This document shows, piece after piece, positions 1 through 8,950 of a stretch of DNA of 55,941 nt. This stretch comes from a virus (taxonomy: Duplodnaviria; Caudoviricetes). The notes beneath the pieces were generated by a model. It was not told the DNA's origin. It saw only the letters and a program-made list of their open reading frames with translations, and ran no database searches. Every line of letters starts with the position of its first letter. The stretch's first letter is position 1. Both the position numbers and the translations under genes were made by a program. The stretch is from positions 1 through 55,941 of the IMG/VR virus record IMGVR_UViG_3300036715_003593; one strand, written 5' to 3'.

Positions 1-2
1 GG

Positions 3-2741
3 GACTACATGGGTTACATCACCCAAGTGGCTGCCGAAGATCAGTATATAGGATGGGTGTTCAGTGCTTGGCAATTTATTGTCGACGGTACGAATGGCAT
101 TGTCATGCGCCAGTGGGTCAAGTTTGGCGTTGGCTCACCGTTTGTCTATAACGAAGCAACTGTTACGGTAGCGAGTTATCAATCGCTGACCAGTCAGCCG
201 ACATGGACACCGGGTGCGCTGAGCAGCATCGGCATCGGAGGTGATGTACAAGCGGGTGATGCCAATGTCTTTAGCATGACTCACATGAAGGTGTTTAGCC
301 GGTCAACTAAGCCGACTGAAGCTGAAATAAATGCAATCGCGCTGCAAACTTCTGTTGATACTACGGCATGGGGTGATTACCTGATGGAATGGGTATCCGG
401 CGCAGCTGATATATCGGATAGATCAGGCAATGGCAGAAATTTGTCAGTCGGGCTGGGTGCAGTTTCATCTGGTCTTGACGATACAACTTTAGTGCCTGCC
501 GGATATGCGGTCAGACAATCCCCGATCAAAGTTTTTTACGGCGGCACATCTGCCGGCACACTGGCTGCCAGCTTTGAAGTGCCGCCCGTGTCCGGCAATC
601 TCATTGTTGTTGAAGGCGGCTCATCGACAGATAATGGCTCGATTATAATTTCAGACAACAAGGGTAATAATTTTACAGTTATTGTCAGTAATCCAGCGGG
701 CGGAGACCATCCATTTATTGCCTATCTAGTGGTTCCTGCGACATATACCGGAACGTACACGATCACTGCGACAAATCTTGGCGTATCGGCAGGTATGCGC
801 ATATTTGAATGGCAGGGCAATGCGGCTTCCCCGCTAGACTGGGCAGCTACGCCTCGTGATTTAAAAACCTCATTAATCATACCCGCTCCCGATGCAGACA
901 CCTATGCTGGTACACTTATTATCAGCTCGATGGAAACACCCAGTGGCTTTAGTGCTCAGCCTATATATCCGGCAGGATGGTATTGTGATGGCAATGACAA
1001 TGGCGGGAATGGAACTGCTGCTCGCAAAATAACATACGCAGTCGCAACAGAATCAATCTCATGGGCTTTGCAGGCAAGCAGCCCGACGTTTGCTGGCGCG
1101 ATGGTTGGGTTCCGGCCTTATGTTGCCAACCCACCTCCGCTGATTACCCAGCAGCCACAATCGCAGGTCGTGAAAATAGGCGGCACTGCAACATTTAATG
1201 TGATCGACACTTATGCGACTAGTTACCAATGGCAACTTTTCAGCGGGACATGGGGGAATATAAGTGGCGCAACCTCGTCGAGTTATACAACAGGGGCTCT
1301 GACACTGGGAGATGATGGTTCACAGCGGCGTTGTGTGACAACAAATGCATACGGAACGGCAACATCACAGCAAGCTGGGGTAAATGTTCATGCTGCTTAT
1401 AGCCCATGGCGGCGCAGGCAGGCAAGCGGAAAAATAACTAGTAGTAATCTTATTAAATTAAAAGAAGCTGGAGCATCACAGACTGTTGCTGCTAGGTTCT
1501 TTGAAGCGGTCGCGACTGGAACTCAATATAATCAGGCTGTTGCCGGTACACTTTCATTTACCAGTGGTATTGTGTCGCGTGCCACCTCGAAATTTATTAC
1601 GGGCGGATTATCTTTTACTGGAGTCGCCTTAAAACTTACCCGCCGAGCTATAGCAGGCGGCTTGTCATTTTTGGGTACCTTAACCACCAGCCGATTATTC
1701 GTTCGTACAGTTGGCGGTACGCTATCGATGGCTGGTGGTATATCCAAGACTACATCCAAGCTTGCATTCGGCAGCTTGTCATTTACCGGTGGATTAATTA
1801 AGCGCGCTGTAAAATCAATTGCAGGCAGCTTGTCATTTACCGGTGGATTAATTAAGCGCGCTGTAAAATCAATTGCAGGCAGCTTGTCATTTACCGGTGC
1901 GGCGGTAAAGACTACACAAAAAACCATTACCGGCACGCTATCAATATCTGGCGTGCTCGGTGCCATCAAGCAGGCGGGTGGAATGCTTTATACCCGGGCT
2001 GTCGGAGGTGTGCTGGGTTTTTCTGGTGCTAGCACCAAGGCAGTATCTCGTGGTATATCGGGTAGCGTTTCATTCTCTGGCTTGATAGCCAAGAGGTACC
2101 TAAAATCAATACAAGGCGGATTATCATTCACTGGCATCTTGGGCAACATCAAGGCGCGCGTTGTGTCGGTAGGTGGAACGCTTGGGCTTAGTGGTGGAAT
2201 TGGCAAGAAGGTTGGTAAAAAGGTGGCGGGAACTTTAAACCAGATGGGGGTATTGACAAAGCAAACTAGCAAAACTATTGTGGCAAACTTGTCTTTCGCT
2301 GGAGTTCTAACTAGAATAAGAATTCGGTTGCTTTCAATTGGAGGGAGCTTAGGTTTCTCTGGATCCGTTGTGAAAAAAGTGGGAAAAGGTTTGGGTGGAA
2401 CTTTAATCCTTTCCGGAGCAACCGTTAAGAAAATTAATAGAGGCATCATCAGCGGCTTGTCATTTGTAGGGGGAACCTTTAAACTTACTAGCAAGTCAGT
2501 AGTAGGAGGAATATACTTTACTAGCACTCTTTTCAGAATGACCGGTAAAACTGTATCCGGTCAAATTAATTTTATAGGCAATCTAATTACCGCCTTTACA
2601 GGCATGGTAGTTTCTATTGTGAAAAGGATCTTCAAGAGGTCCAGTTTCAAACCTGCCATACTTAGAAAATCGAAATTTGCAGCAGTGGTAGTCCGGAAAG
2701 CTTTTTTCGGTTCCGTTATAAAGAAAACTAGGAGATTCTAA
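3..2741 (+). CDS. Large virion fibre/decoration protein (5'-truncated): LamG-like and beta-sandwich domains, Ig-like domain, C-terminal basic ~18-20 aa beta-repeats
   Basis: Frame open from window start. Ig I-set-like PPLITQQPQSQVV...YQWQ...RRCVTTN; many GxLSFxG repeats. Probably continues the ORF starting at 55675. Confidence 0.7.
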   Translation, partial: DYMGYITQVAAEDQYIGWVFSAWQFIVDGTNGIVMRQWVKFGVGSPFVYNEATVTVASYQSLTSQPTWTPGALSSIGIGGDVQAGDANVFSMTHMKVFSRSTKPTEAEINAIALQTSVDTTAWGDYLMEWVSGAADISDRSGNGRNLSVGLGAVSSGLDDTTLVPAGYAVRQSPIKVFYGGTSAGTLAASFEVPPVSGNLIVVEGGSSTDNGSIIISDNKGNNFTVIVSNPAGGDHPFIAYLVVPATYTGTYTITATNLGVSAGMRIFEWQGNAASPLDWAATPRDLKTSLIIPAPDADTYAGTLIISSMETPSGFSAQPIYPAGWYCDGNDNGGNGTAARKITYAVATESISWALQASSPTFAGAMVGFRPYVANPPPLITQQPQSQVVKIGGTATFNVIDTYATSYQWQLFSGTWGNISGATSSSYTTGALTLGDDGSQRRCVTTNAYGTATSQQAGVNVHAAYSPWRRRQASGKITSSNLIKLKEAGASQTVAARFFEAVATGTQYNQAVAGTLSFTSGIVSRATSKFITGGLSFTGVALKLTRRAIAGGLSFLGTLTTSRLFVRTVGGTLSMAGGISKTTSKLAFGSLSFTGGLIKRAVKSIAGSLSFTGGLIKRAVKSIAGSLSFTGAAVKTTQKTITGTLSISGVLGAIKQAGGMLYTRAVGGVLGFSGASTKAVSRGISGSVSFSGLIAKRYLKSIQGGLSFTGILGNIKARVVSVGGTLGLSGGIGKKVGKKVAGTLNQMGVLTKQTSKTIVANLSFAGVLTRIRIRLLSIGGSLGFSGSVVKKVGKGLGGTLILSGATVKKINRGIISGLSFVGGTFKLTSKSVVGGIYFTSTLFRMTGKTVSGQINFIGNLITAFTGMVVSIVKRIFKRSSFKPAILRKSKFAAVVVRKAFFGSVIKKTRRF
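1770..1899 (+). repeat. 54-bp tandem repeat, 2 exact copies plus a partial third (GSLSFTGGLIKRAVKSIA)
   Basis: ggcagcttgtcatttaccggtggattaattaagcgcgctgtaaaatcaattgca at 1770 and 1824, partial at 1878. Confidence 0.95.
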
Positions 2742-3044
2742 ATGACTTATGATTTGGTAACCGGAGACACTGGATCAACCTTACGTGTTACCTGTTTTGA
2801 TGGGGATACTGGGAATCCTATTAATTTAACAGGAGCAACAGTTAGATTAAACATAGTCGGAGCGACTCCTGGCAAATTAATGACTATCATCAGTGCGCTA
2901 GATGGAACTGTGGAATATAAATTCTTAGCCGATGAAATTGCCGGATCTTTCATGTCGATGGAAGTGGAAATTACAGATTCTCAAGGATCGATTCTCACCT
3001 GTTTGGATCCAATAACATTAGATGTAAGAACTCAACTAGGATAA
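2742..3044 (+). CDS. BppU N-terminal-like small Ig-fold virion protein
   Basis: GDT...PINLTGATV...G.VEY...EVEIT pattern; abuts the upstream stop. Confidence 0.55.
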   Translation: MTYDLVTGDTGSTLRVTCFDGDTGNPINLTGATVRLNIVGATPGKLMTIISALDGTVEYKFLADEIAGSFMSMEVEITDSQGSILTCLDPITLDVRTQLG

Positions 3045-3049
3045 CCAAA

Positions 3050-4255
3050 ATGAAACCAACCATACATATCCACATTAACGTACCGGTCGTTAAGACTCGG
3101 GATGCTGGTTTTTCCGGACCGTTGATTCCTCGTGCAGTGAAGTCGCAATTTAATAACGGGTTTCGTGCAGCTTTGAATTACGAAGGTAGAGAAGTTTGGA
3201 TAAGTCAGTATTCTTGGAAAACAGAAGCTGGGGCAAAGGAAGCCGCTAAAGAAGCCATACCAGCGGTTAGGGTGGGTAGATCCCCAAGTGTGCGCCCATC
3301 CTCAGCTGAAAACGCATCCGCCAAAGATGCCCTCTCCCTAGCTGAAGCCGAGCGCGAACTCAAAGCTGAATTGAAGCTCATCGAAGTCTTCAAGAAGTCC
3401 GGCAAACCTGTTCCGAAGGAAATGATCCAGCGTCAGAAGATGTTGGAGGAAGAAGTCGAGAAGCAGAAGTTTAAGACCGGTGATGCCTTCGCCGAATACA
3501 ACCCTCGCGAAGTAGCCAGGTTGAAGGATCAATTAAAGAAAGCGGACAATGCTCTTTCTTCCGGCAAAATTAATCCAGGTCAGCATTCCAAGTTAGTTGA
3601 GTCGATTGAAAAAGAGCTCAAAGGTTTCAGAGGGGACAAGACTAAGGATACAATTTACCGCTCCCGCTTTCTAAACGAGATCGGTCGCATTAGTCAGAAA
3701 CTTCGCCTCGGTCTCACTGGTGCCGAATTAACAAAGAAGACTGACGGTGAGCTGGAATCCTTGATGAAGGAATTGCAGAAACGTGAAAAGTCATACTCCA
3801 ATGATGCCTCCGTTCCGACCACTTTCTTTGAGGGGTCAGCTGGGCAGTTTAAATCGGAAGTTAAGAATCTCCATCCGGATGCTACTTTTACAGAGTCTCA
3901 GTTCCGCGGAGGATATATGGAAATTACTGCCAAGTCGAAAGGAGAGACGGTCGGTAGTGTTCAGGAGTTGCCCACCGGTAAATTCAGAGGCGGCTTTAGA
4001 AAGGATTTACAAAAGACAAAAGATGCCCTCTCCTCAGCTGAAAACGCACCCGCCAAAGATGCTGAATATCCTCAATGGTTGAAACATGCCAAGAACTCTT
4101 TGTCTCCAACAGACTTTGCAAAAGTGTTGCATGTCATGCAGACCCAAGGTGAAAATGCTGCGATGGTTATGACTAAGAAAATGCTTACCGGTGATGCCTA
4201 CTCAAACTATCCATCTTTCAAGGAAGAGGCCAGACGGAAAAAATCAGGTGACTAA
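3050..4255 (+). CDS. Putative internal-head polyprotein with IHIHI tag and periodic [TSA]-x-D|A junctions
   Basis: 401 aa Lys/Glu-rich ORF in the head module; junction Asp at residues 18, 93, 145, 200, 252, 325, 337, 382 and 401. Confidence 0.7.
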   Translation: MKPTIHIHINVPVVKTRDAGFSGPLIPRAVKSQFNNGFRAALNYEGREVWISQYSWKTEAGAKEAAKEAIPAVRVGRSPSVRPSSAENASAKDALSLAEAERELKAELKLIEVFKKSGKPVPKEMIQRQKMLEEEVEKQKFKTGDAFAEYNPREVARLKDQLKKADNALSSGKINPGQHSKLVESIEKELKGFRGDKTKDTIYRSRFLNEIGRISQKLRLGLTGAELTKKTDGELESLMKELQKREKSYSNDASVPTTFFEGSAGQFKSEVKNLHPDATFTESQFRGGYMEITAKSKGETVGSVQELPTGKFRGGFRKDLQKTKDALSSAENAPAKDAEYPQWLKHAKNSLSPTDFAKVLHVMQTQGENAAMVMTKKMLTGDAYSNYPSFKEEARRKKSGD

Positions 4256-4402
4256 ATTCTCAAAACTATCTCCAAGGCTAACATTGCCAAGAAGTTCAGA
4301 GAGGGAGACTGGGAAGCTATTCCAGTCTTGACTAAGTCTGGTTACTAGGGAGTTCGTGACCTAGCTTCAGGTAAGTGATTTACAGTTGTGGTGACAGAAT
4401 AA
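4256..4402 (+). pseudogene. Possible decayed terminal module of the polyprotein
   Basis: In-frame continuation ILKTISKANIAKKFREGDWEAIPVLTKSGY*GVRDLASGK*FTVVVTE* fills otherwise empty space. Confidence 0.4.
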
Positions 4403-4506
4403 ACAGTGGCATCAACATGGAAGGTGCTAAACGTCCCTGATCCATTTAGACTGCCCTTGGCAGAGAAACATTAGCCTCGATCAATATATAGAGAAAAGGA
4501 ATAGAC

Positions 4507-4941
4507 ATGAAAAAAATGCTTTTAGTATTAGCCTTGTTGTTTGTATCACTGAGTGTCGCAATCGCTGCTCCAACCTATCCATTCTCAAACCCGACTTACA
4601 TCCCCACCGCAGTTAGTGCCCCAGTCGCTTATACCGCTCCTGGCACCTACATCTTTACAGCCAACGGCATTTCAACTCTATCCATGCGAATTACCGGTAC
4701 ATGTACCTCTTTGTCAGGGGTGTTGCAAGGCACTAACGATGATACCAACTGGTCTTCTTTGACATTGCATCCAGTAACTGCTTCTGCCACAACAACCACC
4801 CCAGTCGTAGCAGTAGCTGCTGTCGGGTTTTGGCGGGCAAGTGTTGCAGGCTTTAAATCGGTACGGCTTAACATTACCGCATTGACAGCCACTTGCACGG
4901 TTGCCATGGCAGGTACACAAGCATACGGGTTAATGGAATAA
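4507..4941 (+). CDS. Hypothetical beta-rich protein with a Sec-type signal peptide
   Basis: MKK + hydrophobic stretch + AIA/A; RBS aagga. Confidence 0.7.
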   Translation: MKKMLLVLALLFVSLSVAIAAPTYPFSNPTYIPTAVSAPVAYTAPGTYIFTANGISTLSMRITGTCTSLSGVLQGTNDDTNWSSLTLHPVTASATTTTPVVAVAAVGFWRASVAGFKSVRLNITALTATCTVAMAGTQAYGLME

Positions 4942-4945
4942 CCAC

Positions 4946-6349
4946 ATGGCTACTCCGGCACGCAGACTGTTTCATACTGTTGAGCGCATCAGTGCAAGAC
5001 AGAGCTTGACACAAGAAGGCTACTTACTTTGTGAAGGTGTCCCAATCGCCCGTACTGGCGAGATGCTTTACGGGGGATCAGAGTTGGAAGGGGCAGACGG
5101 CAAACCGGTTGTTACCCCAAACGATGAAGGTCTTGTACGTATTGCCAGAGACGCAGATGAAGTTTTCCGTGCTGAAACGATTGCCAGTTTCAATGGAAAA
5201 TCAGTATCTGATGATCACCCCGAAGATGGCGCAATTGCTCCAAGCAATTGGCAAGAACGTACTGTTGGTATTGTACTCAATCCTCGCAGAGGTGAAGGAG
5301 AACAGCACGATCTTTTGTTGGCGGACTTGTTGATTACGGTTCCCTCAGCAATTGAGGCAGTACGTTCTGGCAAGCGCGAAGTAAGTTGTGGTTATGAAGC
5401 TGACTACGAGGAGGTGGATGTCGGACAGGGTAGACAAAAGAACATAATTGGTAATCATGTAGCGTTAGTCGAATCGGGTCGCTGCGGCTGGCGTTGTGCT
5501 ATCGGCGATCGTAAATTAGAGGAGAAACAAATGAGCAAGAAATTATCTTGGCTCGACCGTGCTAAAGCAGCTTTCCATTCGAAAGATGAAGAAGGCTTCA
5601 ATAAGGCAATGGAAGAAGCTAAAACTGGTGACGAGCTGGGTAGTGAGGGTGAAGAAAACGAGCAGCATATTCATATTCATATGAATAGCAATGGATCAAC
5701 TGATCCAGTTGTCCCAGCATTAGGTGACGAAGATCCTGAAATCAAGAACAATGACGACGATGAACTCGCTACTCATATTGCTCAGAACTCAGCGGAACAC
5801 GAGGCTTTTGCTTCCCGCCTCGCTGCTATTGAAGAGCAATTAGGTATCGGCGCGACTGACGAGATGCCAAGTGAAGAAGTTGAAGATGCTTTGGAAGCTG
5901 AAGCTCCAGTGGGCACAGGTGACAAAGCTCGAAAGTCGACCGACTCTGCATACATGGCTGATAGCTACAAGAATACAGTTGCTCTTGCTGAAATCTTGGC
6001 ACCTGGTATCAAAGTTCCGACATTCGACTTCGCGGCTAACCCGAAGAAAACCTTCAAGGATGTTTGCGGCCTACGCCGTCAAGCATTGGATGCAGCTTAT
6101 GCGCACCAGGATACACGCAACATGATCGAAGACATTATGGGTAGTAAAACCATTAATTTCAAGAACATGTCGTGTGATGCAGTGCGTACGGTTTTCAAAG
6201 CCGCAGGCTCAATCAAACGTGCTTCCAACAACGATGCTGCTCGCGGCAAAGGTGCTCTGGATACACAAACCAACCAACCTGCCAAGAAGCCAACGCTGCG
6301 TGATATGAACAAAGCAGCTGACGCCAAATGGCTTGATAAACAACATTAA
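4946..6349 (+). CDS. Prohead maturation protease/scaffold (DUF2213-like)
   Basis: EGYLLC..VPIARTG, DDHP, GKREVSCGY, IIGNHVALV..GRCG..CAIGD motifs; acidic scaffold-like C-terminal half. Confidence 0.85.
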   Translation: MATPARRLFHTVERISARQSLTQEGYLLCEGVPIARTGEMLYGGSELEGADGKPVVTPNDEGLVRIARDADEVFRAETIASFNGKSVSDDHPEDGAIAPSNWQERTVGIVLNPRRGEGEQHDLLLADLLITVPSAIEAVRSGKREVSCGYEADYEEVDVGQGRQKNIIGNHVALVESGRCGWRCAIGDRKLEEKQMSKKLSWLDRAKAAFHSKDEEGFNKAMEEAKTGDELGSEGEENEQHIHIHMNSNGSTDPVVPALGDEDPEIKNNDDDELATHIAQNSAEHEAFASRLAAIEEQLGIGATDEMPSEEVEDALEAEAPVGTGDKARKSTDSAYMADSYKNTVALAEILAPGIKVPTFDFAANPKKTFKDVCGLRRQALDAAYAHQDTRNMIEDIMGSKTINFKNMSCDAVRTVFKAAGSIKRASNNDAARGKGALDTQTNQPAKKPTLRDMNKAADAKWLDKQH

Positions 6350-6360
6350 GGAGAACTACC

Positions 6361-6885
6361 ATGGTTGCATTTTTGTATCGTATGGGAGCCGGTTTTGCAG
6401 GTGATGTAAACCGTACCCATCCTGTTTCAATTGAAGCAGACTTAATTCACGAACTGTCTCCACCCACCGCTTACGGTCAAGCTGTATTGATCGATCCTAC
6501 TTCACAAGGCGTTCGTCCTTTTGCAGCAGGCGATGTAGCAATTGACAAAGCTTACGGTATAATAGTTCGCACTTTCCCAACTCAACAAACTTCTGCCCCA
6601 ACTGGCAACTTCGCTCCTGCAGCATTGGGCGCCGCGACCCCTCCTTTGTCAGGTGTCATTGACGTATTGCGCTCTGGTTACATCATGGGCAAAGTACCTG
6701 TCGGTCAGACCTGTGTGAAGAATGGCGCAATGTACATCTGGGTTGGCGCAGCAGGTGGCGGTCACGTGCTTGGTGGTTTCGAAACGGTTGATGCCGGTGT
6801 AGATACTACTCCAGCTTTGACCAACGCAGTCTTCAACGGTATCCCCGATGCTGACGGCAATGTTGAAATTCAGTTTAACGTTTAA
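6361..6885 (+). CDS. Capsid cement/decoration protein
   Basis: Position between protease and MCP; YRMxAGFAGDVNR start and DADGNVEI end typical of such proteins. Confidence 0.7.
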   Translation: MVAFLYRMGAGFAGDVNRTHPVSIEADLIHELSPPTAYGQAVLIDPTSQGVRPFAAGDVAIDKAYGIIVRTFPTQQTSAPTGNFAPAALGAATPPLSGVIDVLRSGYIMGKVPVGQTCVKNGAMYIWVGAAGGGHVLGGFETVDAGVDTTPALTNAVFNGIPDADGNVEIQFNV

Positions 6886-6896
6886 GGGGAATCAAT

Positions 6897-7958
6897 ATGA
6901 TGACTTATGATGGAAATCGCGTTGTAGACGCATTGGGTACACAAGCTGGTAAGCAATTGCCAGCCGGTATGGTAACCCGTGATGGTAAAACTGTGGACTC
7001 CACAGGTGCCTTCCTGGTGGGTGAGTTGGAGCGTCTGGATCAGACGTTGCACATGCCTTTGGCTGCTGTTACTTTTGCGCGCGACATTGACTTGCGCGAA
7101 GACGTAACAATCGCAGACGAAGCATCCAGCTTCACCTTATCAAGCTTTGGTTCAGCTGGCGGTTTGGGTATAGGTAACGGTATCGGTAATGGCAAAGCTT
7201 GGATCGGTAAGACAACAGACCAGATTACCGGCGTGAGTGTTGACATCGCCAAGATTCCAAATCCTTTGGATCTGTGGGGTATGGAATTGAAGTATACTAT
7301 ACCTGAAATCGAAAGTGCAGCACGTCTGGGTCGCCCTGTTGACCAGCAAAAGTTCGAAGGTATGCAACTGAAGCACCAGATGGATATCGATGAACAAGTG
7401 TACATTGGTGACACAAGTAAGAAAACTAAAGGTATGGTTAACCATACTCTGGTTACTCCTACCGCTCTACCGAATGGTGTTGGTGGTTCAGCAACATGGG
7501 CAACAAAAACGCCTGACGAAATCCTGGCTGACGTAAACCTGATGTTGGTGACTACATGGAAGAACTCAGCATTGGCAGTCATGCCAGATCGTCTGTTGTT
7601 GCCTCCTAACCAGTTCGGCTATATTGCTACTCAAAAAGTATCATCTGCTGGTAACCTATCTATCCTGAAATATATCCTGGAAAACAACATCCTGGTAACA
7701 TCAGGTCAAGGTAAGTTGAATATCTTCCCCCTCAAGTGGCTACAAGGCGCTGGTGTGGGTGGTACATTGGGCACACCGGGCAACGATCGCGCAGTTGTGT
7801 ACTTGAAAGAGTACCAGCGCATTCGTTATCCAATGACAATGTTGCAACGTACTCCAATCCAGTACGACAGCATCTACCATAAGACGACTTACTATTGCCG
7901 TCTTGGTGGCGTCGAATTGGTCTATCCTGAAACAATGGGTTACTATGACGGTCTGTAA
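6897..7958 (+). CDS. Major capsid protein (DUF2184-like)
   Basis: GAFLVGELERLD, W..KTPDEILAD, YYCRLGGVELVYP motifs; 353 aa. Confidence 0.88.
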   Translation: MMTYDGNRVVDALGTQAGKQLPAGMVTRDGKTVDSTGAFLVGELERLDQTLHMPLAAVTFARDIDLREDVTIADEASSFTLSSFGSAGGLGIGNGIGNGKAWIGKTTDQITGVSVDIAKIPNPLDLWGMELKYTIPEIESAARLGRPVDQQKFEGMQLKHQMDIDEQVYIGDTSKKTKGMVNHTLVTPTALPNGVGGSATWATKTPDEILADVNLMLVTTWKNSALAVMPDRLLLPPNQFGYIATQKVSSAGNLSILKYILENNILVTSGQGKLNIFPLKWLQGAGVGGTLGTPGNDRAVVYLKEYQRIRYPMTMLQRTPIQYDSIYHKTTYYCRLGGVELVYPETMGYYDGL

Positions 7959-7977
7959 CAAGTAGTGTGGTACATGA

Positions 7978-8002
7978 AGGGGTTGGGCAACCTACCTCTT
8001 TG
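7978..8002 (+). terminator. Possible weak intrinsic terminator after the MCP gene
   Basis: aggggttgg-gcaa-cctacctc hairpin followed by ttt. Confidence 0.35.
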
Positions 8003-8041
8003 TGTAACATATTAAAACAACCCCCTTTAGGAGAAACAAAA

Positions 8042-8473
8042 ATGTCTAAAACCGTAACAATGATCCTAGCTACTAAAGTAATTATTACTGACAATGGGCA
8101 CGTTCCTCATTCCTTTGGTCCTGGCATTTGCGAAGTGCCAGCTGAGTTTGCTGATCATTGGTATATGAAGGCTCATGGCGCGGTAAAGTATGACCCCGCT
8201 GCTAAAGCTGCTGAACTGTTGAAAGAAGCTGCAGCACTTGAAGAAGCTGCCAAGATTGAAGCTGAGAAAGCTGCCAAGATTGAAGCTGAGAAAGATGCCA
8301 AGGTTGAAGCTGAGAAAGATGCCAAGGTTGAAGCTGAGAAAGATGCCAAGGTTGAAGCTGAGAAAGATGCAGCAGAAAAAATGGCTCCACTGTCAACAAG
8401 TACAACGCCGACAGTGGAAGCAACCTCAGCAACGGTTGCTGCACCTGCTTCTCAACCATGGGCAAAGAAGTAA
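8042..8473 (+). CDS. Head-associated hypothetical protein with EAEK(A/D)AK repeats
   Basis: ATG 8042 with ggag RBS; A.HWY..AH motif; directly downstream of MCP. Confidence 0.7.
   Translation: MSKTVTMILATKVIITDNGHVPHSFGPGICEVPAEFADHWYMKAHGAVKYDPAAKAAELLKEAAALEEAAKIEAEKAAKIEAEKDAKVEAEKDAKVEAEKDAKVEAEKDAAEKMAPLSTSTTPTVEATSATVAAPASQPWAKK
8249..8368 (+). repeat. Five tandem 24-bp repeats (gccaagRttgaagctgagaaagMt)
   Basis: Read directly from the sequence. Confidence 0.95.
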
Positions 8474-8479
8474 TTTATC

Positions 8480-8950
8480 ATGACTGCCACCTCCGCAACT
8501 TTGCGAGCTCACTTTCCAGAATTCGCCAACGTTATCGACTACCCGAATGCTCAGATCGAGTTCTGGTTAAGCATTGCGGTACAGATGCTTAACGCGGGTC
8601 GATGGGGTACGATGCTGGATGCTGGTGCCGAGCTATATGCTTGCCACCATATTGCCTTGGAAGCTCGAGATATGGTAACGGTAGCTGCTGGTGGATCACC
8701 TGGACAGAATACCGGACCGGTTAATTCCAAATCAGTAGACCGAGTGTCCATCGGCTACGATACCGGTGCGGCTGCGGAAGAACGTGGCGGGCATTGGAAT
8801 TTGACCACATATGGAACTCGGTATCTACGTTTCGCAAGAATGTTCGGGGCTGGCAGTTTACAGGTTGGAGTAGATGGACCGATTCCACCATTGAGTGCGT
8901 CTTCAGCTTGGGGCACACCTTGGTATGTGGCACCCAATCCGAGCAACTGA
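8480..8950 (+). CDS. Head-tail adaptor (DUF4054-like)
   Basis: FPEFA...YP, SKSVD.VS..YD, WNLT.YG motifs. Confidence 0.8.
   Translation: MTATSATLRAHFPEFANVIDYPNAQIEFWLSIAVQMLNAGRWGTMLDAGAELYACHHIALEARDMVTVAAGGSPGQNTGPVNSKSVDRVSIGYDTGAAAEERGGHWNLTTYGTRYLRFARMFGAGSLQVGVDGPIPPLSASSAWGTPWYVAPNPSN

Noticed and set aside
1240-2527. Antisense ORFs within the large fibre gene, and similar ones across the structural arm
   Set aside because: Opposite-strand shadows of well-supported genes; no RBS or motifs.
4253-4402. Stop-codon reassignment or readthrough
   Set aside because: Three different stops are involved; all other genes read normally in the standard code and no suppressor tRNA was seen.
8290-8372. 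EKDA repeats as additional protease sites
   Set aside because: P3 is Glu rather than T/S/A and the protein has no His tag; explained by simple tandem duplication.
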